A stretch of 35,184 nucleotides of DNA, taken from contig JAUYDN010000099.1 in NCBI GenBank assembly GCA_030691775.1, forward strand, positions 1-35,184, given 5' to 3'. The position numbers and the translations under genes are program-made. This document shows positions 1 to 7,377 of the stretch, piece after piece; position 1 is the first letter of the stretch, and the number at the start of each line of letters is the position of its first letter. Source of the stretch: Dehalococcoidia bacterium. GTDB lineage: Bacteria > Chloroflexota > Dehalococcoidia > Dehalococcoidales > Fen-1064. The notes under the pieces were generated by a model, which worked only from the letters and a program-made list of their open reading frames with translations, did no database searches and had not been told where the DNA came from.

Positions 1-8
1 TTTCGAGA

Positions 9-23
9 TTCGGATTTCGTACT
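9..23 (+). repeat. Intergenic TTCGGATTTCGTACT repeat, copy 1
   Basis: Identical 15-mer at 9-23 and 3840-3854, part of degenerate heptamer-type (TTCGGAT/TTCGTAC) intergenic repeats. Confidence 0.6.
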
Positions 24-32
24 ATCTTGTCG

Positions 33-2441
33 TTATGGTATACCCGCGTAGTCCAGTTCCCGCCACGCTTCTTTTCCCCCGTTAAACTCCACCGTGAAAA
101 TGAGAGACGGGTCTGCGGTCTCTTTAACGTTTGGAATAATGCGCCCGTTTGCCTTGCCCAGTCCGACCGGCACATATAATGTAAACGGCAGCTCTTTTCC
201 GCCGCCGTTAACCGCCTGGTGGTACTTCGCTATCGTCCCGTTGGCTGACGCAGGCGTCTCCAGCCCCTTGAACTCGCCGTTACCCCACTTTAGAGCCGCG
301 TAGCGGAATGCCAGTCCGTAAGGCACCATCATCAAATCGAACTGGTTGGGAAAGCTGGGCCCATAGACCCGCGCGAATAGTGATAACTCTGTGGCATACT
401 GGATGCTCGGCCATTTACCATTACCGAATGTTAAACCGGGTACGAACGGGTCGGGGGTTTCCGCTCGAAGCTGTGACAATCTCATCGCGATGGGCATGGC
501 GGCATTCAGGTCCATCCGTTTGCCCATATTGATGCCGCGCGTGTTCCACTCCGCCCTCAGCGACCGCATTGGTTGTGCCATCACGAGGAACCGTAATTTG
601 AGCAGTTCCATCGGTTCTATGTCCAGTGCCTGCATTCGGACCGAGAGCGCGCCGAAATCGATACCCGTTCCCCCACCCTTCCCCTTCTCGCTGTAATCGA
701 TAATACCGTCACCATTTTCATCGAGCTCCGCCATTACACCAGCGTGGTAGTTCGAACCGGTCAACTTGTCGTTTGCCGATGCATAGGCAAGGGTAGTTGC
801 CTGCAGGTCGTGGAGCATCTTACCGGTGGCGAAGTAGAGATTAGCGGTGAACAAATCGGTGAACCCGCCACCTTCTAAACGTCCGAGATGACCTTCAACC
901 GAAGCGAGCCTGCCGCCCTGCCACACATCCTCCCCGACTGCGTAATAGCTTAGCTGTCCCAGACTCCGGTCCTGGCAGTGCTGGAACGCCCTGTAGCGCG
1001 AGATGGGCGAATCATACCCGAGACCGGCAACTATTTGTGTGCCCTCGACACGGGGGATGGGCACTTTCTGCAGGAAATCGGTGGGTAAGCCATGCTCTTT
1101 CTGTGCCTTTCTACCCTCATCCATAGGTACATTTGTGAACAGGTAGCGGGCGCTGAAGACATCCAGGGCTACCGGGTCGCGGCTGGCAAATATATAGCCC
1201 TCCGGCATGGCGATACAGGTGGGACCTGCCTGACCGCCGTTGGTGGCTTCAATCGCTTCGACGATGTGGAGCATGTAAATATCCTGGCTCTTCACCACGG
1301 AAATCACATCCGCCATCGTCGCCGCCATACCGCCGGTTTTCCGCATTTTCACACGGCCGTTTTCATCGAGTAAAGGCGCCCCTGTTCTCTCATCATAGAC
1401 CGGCGACCAGGGCTGGTGAGGAATCAGACTTTTCATACCGGGGATGGGCTTGTTATAAGGATGGGCGTATAGCCACTTCAGCTTACCCGGCTCTCTAGTA
1501 CCATTGACCTCCATCGGGTATAAACCGATGCCGAGGTTTTTAATAGCGTTGGTGAACAGCTCAAGCACATGGCATTTAAGCTTGGGGACATTGATAAGGA
1601 CGCAACCGGGCCAGTCCTTACGGTCCCGTGCATTCGACGGGTCGCCGCCGATAACTGCTTTATGTAAAATAATCGATTTGAAGTTGACGCCGCCGGGCAC
1701 GGGCGTTTCCCGGCCGTTGCTCAGGTCGTCACCTATTTTGTTGATGTCATAGACGAGGAGCTTGTCATGAGCTTTGCCGGGCGGCAGGCACAAGCCCGCC
1801 ATGCTCTCCTCGAAGCCATTCATAGGGTCGTCACTGTGCCCGCGGGTATGTGTTTCCGCCAGGTATTTGCGGGCAAAGTAGAAACCCCACCCCCCGTAGA
1901 AATCACCGCACTTGCCCTCCATCACTGCCTGCGTGGTCACAGCACCCTTGCCTTTCCGCATCAGTGTGTAAGCGCCAGCAATGGCAGACATAGTGGTGCT
2001 CGCCTCGCCCACGGACATCTGGTGGTAAGTGATACCAAGCTCGTCATGGAACCAGCGCATCAGAGCGGCGATGAAGCCCCATGGGGTCATAGTGGATACA
2101 GCACCGGGCCCGTGTGTGGCTGGTTCGATAGAGTTGGGATTGACGAGGTTCGGTTTAAAGAGGAGTTTCTGCCCGCTCACGACCCTCGCCTTGATTTCGC
2201 GAGAGAAGCCGGTCTCATTATCCAGCGCGCCCAGTGCCCTCCCGATGCCATCATAAATATAGTCGATGCGCTGTACAATCTCCTGCCACGCTTCCCCATC
2301 GCCATTGTTGATGTGCTTCTGGAGCAAAAGCGGAATGGGCGAATACGCCCTCGCCGGGTCCATTCTCACCACACCGATGGCGGCACCTGTGTCGTCTAAT
2401 CTCACTTGCCCGATTGGTGAATTGACGATTGTGTTCTCCAT
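33..2441 (-). CDS. Large DUF362-family protein (802 aa)
   Basis: Long ORF with RBS (AGGAGG on minus strand). DUF362-type motifs LFKPNLVN, INVPKLKCH, AIKNLGIG and ASRDPVALD; EF-hand-like DENGDGIID near the C-terminus. Confidence 0.75.
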   Translation of the reverse strand: MENTIVNSPIGQVRLDDTGAAIGVVRMDPARAYSPIPLLLQKHINNGDGEAWQEIVQRIDYIYDGIGRALGALDNETGFSREIKARVVSGQKLLFKPNLVNPNSIEPATHGPGAVSTMTPWGFIAALMRWFHDELGITYHQMSVGEASTTMSAIAGAYTLMRKGKGAVTTQAVMEGKCGDFYGGWGFYFARKYLAETHTRGHSDDPMNGFEESMAGLCLPPGKAHDKLLVYDINKIGDDLSNGRETPVPGGVNFKSIILHKAVIGGDPSNARDRKDWPGCVLINVPKLKCHVLELFTNAIKNLGIGLYPMEVNGTREPGKLKWLYAHPYNKPIPGMKSLIPHQPWSPVYDERTGAPLLDENGRVKMRKTGGMAATMADVISVVKSQDIYMLHIVEAIEATNGGQAGPTCIAMPEGYIFASRDPVALDVFSARYLFTNVPMDEGRKAQKEHGLPTDFLQKVPIPRVEGTQIVAGLGYDSPISRYRAFQHCQDRSLGQLSYYAVGEDVWQGGRLASVEGHLGRLEGGGFTDLFTANLYFATGKMLHDLQATTLAYASANDKLTGSNYHAGVMAELDENGDGIIDYSEKGKGGGTGIDFGALSVRMQALDIEPMELLKLRFLVMAQPMRSLRAEWNTRGINMGKRMDLNAAMPIAMRLSQLRAETPDPFVPGLTFGNGKWPSIQYATELSLFARVYGPSFPNQFDLMMVPYGLAFRYAALKWGNGEFKGLETPASANGTIAKYHQAVNGGGKELPFTLYVPVGLGKANGRIIPNVKETADPSLIFTVEFNGGKEAWRELDYAGIP

Positions 2442-2526
2442 TCCACCACCTCCTGAAGGAATAGCGGTATTCTAGCATAAAGTCAAGGGTAAAATCACTT
2501 CTGTGGACTGTGTATATTTGCATCTC

Positions 2527-2556
2527 TTGACTGTTTGTCTCCCGTCCACATATACT
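2527..2556 (+). promoter_or_regulatory. Sigma70-type promoter for the dehydrogenase
   Basis: TTGACT-N18-TATACT, about 30 nt upstream of the ATG at 2587. Confidence 0.5.
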
Positions 2557-2586
2557 GGGCATTATCACCACAAGGGAAGTGTATCT

Positions 2587-3576
2587 ATGAAGACAATCAA
2601 CGTTATCACCGTCACACCCCTGAGCGAAGACGTGCGCCGCGCAATGCAAGCAGTCAGTCCCGCCGTTAAAGTGCAGGACATCACGGATTTAACCCGCAGG
2701 GAGTACAAAGGAGATGAGCAGGCGAAAAAAGAGGTGGACGCGGTCCTCGCCGAGGCAGAGGTACTGTACGGGGGACGTTTCCCGGTCAACCTGCTCGCCC
2801 GCGCACCGAGCCTGAAGTGGATACAGATTCCGTTCGCCGGCGTCGACCGCTTCCTCACCGACGAATTCAAACGGAGCGGTGTGACCCTGACCAATGCCAG
2901 CGGTATCCACGCCACGCCCATCAGCGAGTTCGTGCTGGAAATGATGCTCATGTTTGCCAAGCAAGCGCCTCTCTTATTCGAGGCGAAGCAGAGAAAGGAA
3001 TGGCGGCGGGTACAGCTTGCCGTGCTTCGCGATAAAACCGCTGGCGTTATCGGGCTGGGGAGCATCGGGCAAGAAGTGGCACGCCTTTGTAAAGCCTTCC
3101 GGATGAGAGTCATTGCCACACGCCGTTCCCCGCGCAGTCGAAAAGCGAGGAATGTGGATGTGCTTTTGCCGCCCAGCGGTTTGCCCAGACTGCTCGAGGA
3201 GAGTGACTACGTTGCCATCTGCCTGCCATTGACCCCTGAAACACGCAAACTTATCGGTGAGCGGGAACTGAAGATGATGAAACCGACGGCTTATATATTG
3301 AACATCGGGCGCGGGGAGATTATCGATGAGGCGGCACTGGTGCAGGCGTTGGAAGAGAAATGGATTGCGGGTGCTGGACTGGATGTCTTCGCCACGGAAC
3401 CATTGCCAAAAGAAAGCAAGCTCTGGGAACTGAACAACGTCATTATCAGCCCCCATGTTTCCGGGGGTATGGAGGACTACGAGCAACACGCCACCGAGGT
3501 CTTCATCCGCAACCTCAATCGGTACGTGGAAGGTAAGAAGCTCGTCAACGTAATCAGTAAAGAAAAAGGTTACTGA
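2587..3576 (+). CDS. D-isomer-specific 2-hydroxyacid dehydrogenase (NAD-binding)
   Basis: Motifs GVIGLGSIG (Rossmann), NIGRG, AGLDVFATEPL and ISPHVSG. Start moved to ATG 2587, after GGGAAG. Confidence 0.9.
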   Translation: MKTINVITVTPLSEDVRRAMQAVSPAVKVQDITDLTRREYKGDEQAKKEVDAVLAEAEVLYGGRFPVNLLARAPSLKWIQIPFAGVDRFLTDEFKRSGVTLTNASGIHATPISEFVLEMMLMFAKQAPLLFEAKQRKEWRRVQLAVLRDKTAGVIGLGSIGQEVARLCKAFRMRVIATRRSPRSRKARNVDVLLPPSGLPRLLEESDYVAICLPLTPETRKLIGERELKMMKPTAYILNIGRGEIIDEAALVQALEEKWIAGAGLDVFATEPLPKESKLWELNNVIISPHVSGGMEDYEQHATEVFIRNLNRYVEGKKLVNVISKEKGY

Positions 3577-3680
3577 AGAGAAAATCTCAACTGACAAATT
3601 CCAAGTATCGAGCCACACCCTTTTTCCCCAAGAAAAAAGTGTCACCCTTATTAAAATAGGAAAACGTCCGCCTCTAAAAC

Positions 3681-3789
3681 GTCATTGCGAGCCTCGATTC
3701 TATCGGGGCGCGGCAATCCGACTCGTTGTCGTTCTGAGCGCTTTGAGTAATGTTTTGCCTAAAAAGAATGATTGCGCGCGAAGAATCTC
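3681..3789. repeat. Two REP-like palindromic elements
   Basis: GTCATTGCGAG-hairpin-GCGGCAATC (3681-3718) and GTCGTTCTGAGCG...GCGAAGAATCTC (3728-3789) resemble widespread intergenic palindromic repeat families. Confidence 0.6.
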
Positions 3790-3839
3790 CAGGCGAGGTG
3801 GGGGTTTGATTATTGTGTATTAATTATTGTGAACATTGT

Positions 3840-3892
3840 TTCGGATTTCGTACTTCGTTCCCCGCCTTCGTGGGGACAGGGCTTCGGATTTT
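3840..3892 (+). repeat. Intergenic TTCGGATTT repeat cluster with internal hairpin
   Basis: TTCGGATTTCGTACTTCG, hairpin TCCCCGC-CTTC-GTGGGGA, then GCTTCGGATTT; shares a 15-mer with positions 9-23. Confidence 0.5.
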
Positions 3893-4017
3893 TTGCCAGA
3901 AAAAGCTCAAGGTTAACTTTTTGTAAAGCGAAAGTTCGATTTGTCACCCCAGCATGGTTGTGATAGCATAGCAGACGGAATATCGTGCATACAGAATTAT
4001 CGAGGAGGTATCATTGG

Positions 4018-4596
4018 ATGCTTACCGTAAAGGAAGCCATCGAAAAGCGTCGTAGTATCCGTAAGTTCAAGCCGGTGCCCGTTCCGGACGAGCTATTGAT
4101 GCAGGTGCTCGAAGCGGCACGCCTGGCGCCATCGGGAACGAACCGTCAGCCGTGGCGGTTCCAGGTAATCAAAGACGGTCCGCTCAAGAAGAAGCTTATC
4201 GAGGAGGCTACTTTCGGTAGTGAGGCGTTGAACAGCGCACCGGTTATCATCGTCTGCGGTGCGGAGATGTTGACATTCGTTAAAGGACACCAGTTGGCGC
4301 CTCCCGGTTCCCAGTATTACGGCGCCGAGAACGAAGACCCCGAAGAGCTGAAAAAGTTCGCGCCGGACGCTAATATGTACACGGCAATCGCAATCACGCA
4401 CATGACATTGATAGCGACTGCACTCGGACTGGGCACATGCTGGGTACAAAGAATCAAGTTCGGGCAAATGGCACGGCTTTTGGGCTGGCCACGGCATATG
4501 ACAGTACTCACCACCCTCGCACTTGGTTACCCGGATGAAGACCCGCCACCCAGACCACGTGTTCCCCTCGACACCATCCTGATTAAAGAGGGGTAG
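4018..4596 (+). CDS. Nitroreductase family protein
   Basis: Motifs RRSIRKF, LAPSGTNRQPW and ALGLGTCW; GAGGAGG RBS upstream of ATG 4018. Confidence 0.92.
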   Translation: MLTVKEAIEKRRSIRKFKPVPVPDELLMQVLEAARLAPSGTNRQPWRFQVIKDGPLKKKLIEEATFGSEALNSAPVIIVCGAEMLTFVKGHQLAPPGSQYYGAENEDPEELKKFAPDANMYTAIAITHMTLIATALGLGTCWVQRIKFGQMARLLGWPRHMTVLTTLALGYPDEDPPPRPRVPLDTILIKEG

Positions 4597-4691
4597 ATAC
4601 CCGCTTAAGAAATCCCAACTTCCAAATCATCAATTACCAAGCTGGAGGAGATTCTCCTTACAGTTGACAATCAGCTTTCGATACCAGGTAT

Positions 4692-4726
4692 AGGAGCGCT
4701 TCGTGAGAGCCCAGGCGCTCCTTTTT
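4692..4726 (+). terminator. Rho-independent terminator
   Basis: AGGAGCGC...GCGCTCCT stem followed by a T-run. Confidence 0.65.
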
Positions 4727-4739
4727 GTGCATTGGGGGT

Positions 4740-4768
4740 TTGCGCTTGAGGGTGTGGTTTGGTAAGAT
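4740..4768 (+). promoter_or_regulatory. tRNA promoter
   Basis: TTGCGC-N17-TAAGAT with extended TGn, 20 nt upstream of the tRNA. Confidence 0.55.
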
Positions 4769-4788
4769 AAGAATCTGGGACAACCCGT

Positions 4789-4864
4789 GGGCCACTAGCT
4801 CAAATGGCAGAGCAGCTGACTCTTAATCAGCAGGTTCAGCGTTCGATTCGCTGGTGGCTCACCA
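4789..4864 (+). tRNA. tRNA-Lys (anticodon CTT)
   Basis: Acceptor stem GGGCCAC/GTGGCTC; D-arm TAGCTCAAATGGCAGAGC; anticodon arm GCTGA-CTCTTAA-TCAGC; T-loop GTTCGATTC; encoded 3' ACCA. Confidence 0.97.
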
Positions 4865-4877
4865 GGTTTTGAAGCTA

Positions 4878-4915
4878 ATAAAGCCCTTATGTAAATTACT
4901 GCATAAGGGCTTTAT
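4878..4915. terminator. Bidirectional terminator between tRNA and integrase
   Basis: Perfect 14-bp inverted repeat ATAAAGCCCTTATG / CATAAGGGCTTTAT. Confidence 0.75.
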
Positions 4916-4921
4916 GATTAG

Positions 4922-4943
4922 TTGGCAATAATTTGGCAATAAT
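4922..4943 (+). repeat. Tandem 11-bp repeat, candidate integrase arm-type sites
   Basis: TTGGCAATAAT twice, between the tRNA and the integrase stop codon. Confidence 0.6.
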
Positions 4944-4946
4944 TGT

Positions 4947-6122
4947 TTACAATTCCGCTTCTACCGTATCCTTGTGCTTTGGCATGACTATATCATCGAA
5001 TCTGTTAGCGGCTGCTTCCTGTAGCCCCGGCGCTACATGGCTATAGGTATCAAGGGTTATCTGGATGCTGGAATGCCCTAACCTCTCCTGGACTATCTTC
5101 GGGTGAATCCCTTGTTTGAGCATTAACGAGGCGTGGGTATGTCTGGCATCATGCAATCGAACACCTTTTAATCCACACCGGAGCGCCAGTTTATGCCAGG
5201 AGTGTGTAATACCATCCGGTAGATAGGGCTTGCCAGTATGATGGCAGAAAACTAAATCATCATCCGTGAAAGGTAGACTTAGCGATTCCCTTAGCTTCTG
5301 TTGGGCTTCCCGGTGTTCCTTGAGAACTATCGTGGTTGATGGGGAGAGCGCTATCATCCGGCGGGATTTTGCGGTTTTAGCTTCTCCGTAGATAATCTGT
5401 CCATTATGTAGCTGGTGAATAGTCCGGCTAATGGATACCTGGCAGAGTATCAAGTCCACGTCAGACCACCGGAGCGCCAGTATTTCAGACCGGCGCATAC
5501 CAGTAAACAACAGGGTGTAGAATAAGGCGTAAAATGGGGTAGACCTGGCATATTCTAAAAATAGGTGTATATCGCTTTCATTCATAGTTCGCAATTCGTG
5601 GTAGTGCACCTTTGGAGCTTCTACAGCATCGGCAACGTTGCGGGGTATCATTCCTAGCTTGACGGCGCTTGATAGGGCTTTATGCATGGTAACGTGGCAA
5701 TAGCGGACAGTCCGGTTACTGAGTCCGCCTTTACCATCGGAGCGCCCGGCGGATAGCTTCTCTGAGTATAAATGCTGTAGATGTTCGGGCTTCAGTTGCG
5801 TGAGTAATATCTTACCCAGGGACGGTATCAAGTGAGTACGCACGATGTACTGATAGCTTTCAGCAGTCCGAGGTGTAAGATTAGACCAGCAGTAATCATG
5901 GAGCCATTGCTCTAGGTAGTCCGCAACTGTCTGCTTACCCGGCTTTACAAATATTCCTTTATCAAGTTCGGTTAATAACTCCCGGAGTCTTTTTTCAGCC
6001 TGGGCTTTATTGCCCCTCAGCGTCTCATAGTGTGAAGTGTATTTACCAGTGGTCGTGTCTCTGCCTAGAGATACCCTAACGCGGTAGGAATCCTCAGACC
6101 GTTTAATAATCGAACCTCTCAT
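4947..6122 (-). CDS. int: Tyrosine integrase (phage/ICEBs1-like) with N-terminal arm-binding domain
   Basis: Catalytic residues in TGMRRSE (R), AKT (K), HDARH (HxxR), LGHS (H) and DTYSH (Y); MRGSI-type N-terminus. Confidence 0.95.
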   Translation of the reverse strand: MRGSIIKRSEDSYRVRVSLGRDTTTGKYTSHYETLRGNKAQAEKRLRELLTELDKGIFVKPGKQTVADYLEQWLHDYCWSNLTPRTAESYQYIVRTHLIPSLGKILLTQLKPEHLQHLYSEKLSAGRSDGKGGLSNRTVRYCHVTMHKALSSAVKLGMIPRNVADAVEAPKVHYHELRTMNESDIHLFLEYARSTPFYALFYTLLFTGMRRSEILALRWSDVDLILCQVSISRTIHQLHNGQIIYGEAKTAKSRRMIALSPSTTIVLKEHREAQQKLRESLSLPFTDDDLVFCHHTGKPYLPDGITHSWHKLALRCGLKGVRLHDARHTHASLMLKQGIHPKIVQERLGHSSIQITLDTYSHVAPGLQEAAANRFDDIVMPKHKDTVEAEL

Positions 6123-6844
6123 TTTTTCTCCTTTCTTGGCGATATTATCATCGTATTAGTCTGAAATCGTGACTTGAATGCCAATGTAGGGTCATAATCA
6201 TCCGCATTGACATGGATGGGTTCACCCAGTTGTTCATCATTACCTATTTTACCTTCTGTAAAAATATAGGAATCTAAACCGGAAGTGTCTGGATACTGTT
6301 CGCCTTCTAACTCGCTGAGCTGTTCTTGCGCTGCGTATTGGTAAGTAATAATCGCAAGTAAAGCTAAACGTGAATCATTATGGGGGGTCGGAATGCTGAC
6401 CGTATCCCCTTCCTTAGTGACGATTGGCTCCAGTCCCGACAGACAATCTTCCAAAGGACGTTTCGCAGCAGACATTTCATATACTACGGGCTTTAATCTG
6501 GCAAACCATCTGGCTTGACGGATAGTAAATTTCGGTTGTCCTACTTGTTCATGTTCAATCAGAGTGGGGATAATATCAGCCGGAATGTTGTATTTTTCAC
6601 AGGAGCCGATAGACCAGGGCGAATCTATAGGGTCAAATATTACTTTTTCCTTATTCTTTTGGATTATGTTATAAATAGCCCTTTCTTTTGGAATATATTT
6701 TGAACCTGGGTGAATCTTTAATAGTTTTTCTCTGATGTCTTTTGCTGATAATTTGCCCTCAACGTCATTTTTTTTGAGTAAAAGAATATCATCTTTTATA
6801 TCCTTTTTTGTGTTAGGTCCTCTTAATCCTTTTCTGCCATTCAT
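6119..6844 (-). CDS. Hypothetical protein with N-terminal HTH-like region, putative repressor
   Basis: Overlaps the int start by 4 bp (ATGA) and is divergent from xis; LSAKDIREKL...PKERAIYNII resembles an HTH. Confidence 0.6.
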   Translation of the reverse strand: MNGRKGLRGPNTKKDIKDDILLLKKNDVEGKLSAKDIREKLLKIHPGSKYIPKERAIYNIIQKNKEKVIFDPIDSPWSIGSCEKYNIPADIIPTLIEHEQVGQPKFTIRQARWFARLKPVVYEMSAAKRPLEDCLSGLEPIVTKEGDTVSIPTPHNDSRLALLAIITYQYAAQEQLSELEGEQYPDTSGLDSYIFTEGKIGNDEQLGEPIHVNADDYDPTLAFKSRFQTNTMIISPRKEKK

Positions 6845-6870
6845 CTTATTGACTCCTAAAAATCATACTC

Positions 6871-6920
6871 ATATGTGCAATTTGTCTATATTCACTAACT
6901 TATATGTGCATCATATGTGC
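6871..6920. promoter_or_regulatory. Three ATATGTGC direct repeats, candidate operators
   Basis: ATATGTGC at 6871, 6902 and 6913 in the divergent intergenic region. Confidence 0.55.
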
Positions 6921-6942
6921 GAAATGTCGTTTGACAAATCTA

Positions 6943-6971
6943 ATAATAAACCTCAAAGTAGGAATTGTCAA
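6943..6971 (-). promoter_or_regulatory. Leftward sigma70 promoter for the regulator-int operon
   Basis: Minus strand reads TTGACA-N17-TATTAT. Confidence 0.6.
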
Positions 6972-7003
6972 GGGTGTGTTCTAGTTATTTGGAGGTAATT
7001 ACG

Positions 7004-7192
7004 ATGGATAGTAACAAAAGAGTTTTTTACCCGGAAGATATTGCGCAAGAAACCGGCTTAGGACTTAACCTGGTCTATCGGCTACTACGAGCTGGGGAAA
7101 TTTCCCATGTGAAAGCTGGCGATAGATATTTAGTAAGCCGAGCGAACTTTGAAAAATGGCTCTCTGGGGAAAGCCAGGCTCCGGCAAAATAG
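7004..7192 (+). CDS. xis: Excisionase-family (HTH_17) DNA-binding protein
   Basis: 62 aa: PEDIAQETGLGLNLVYRLLRAGEISHVKAGDRYLVSRANFEKWL; GGAGG RBS at 6991. Confidence 0.85.
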   Translation: MDSNKRVFYPEDIAQETGLGLNLVYRLLRAGEISHVKAGDRYLVSRANFEKWLSGESQAPAK

Positions 7193-7218
7193 CGGCGATA
7201 CCACAAGGTGGTGATGAT

Positions 7219-7377
7219 ATGAAAGATAAAACAGAGGAAAAACAAATCAAATTTGAAGACCAAGCAATTTTGTGTATTGAGTGTGGTCATACTTTCCTAT
7301 TCTCTGCGCCCCATGCCGGATGTACAGGAAGCTCACCCTGGTTAAAGGGGGGAGAGAATGAGACCACGAGACTTTGA
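7219..7377 (+). CDS. Small zinc-ribbon-like protein, possibly truncated
   Basis: FEDQAILCIECGHTFLFS resembles the first half of zf-trcl-type ribbons; the second CxxC is missing. Confidence 0.45.
   Translation: MKDKTEEKQIKFEDQAILCIECGHTFLFSAPHAGCTGSSPWLKGGENETTRL

Noticed and set aside
94-3645. Many shadow ORFs antisense to the DUF362 and dehydrogenase genes (e.g. 1767-2399, 2974-3645)
   Set aside because: No recognisable motifs; expected by-products of GC-rich coding sequence. The same applies to the other nested ORFs in the track.
4640-4730. Possible small RNA or riboswitch between the nitroreductase and the tRNA
   Set aside because: Only a terminator-like hairpin is supportable; no recognisable aptamer consensus.
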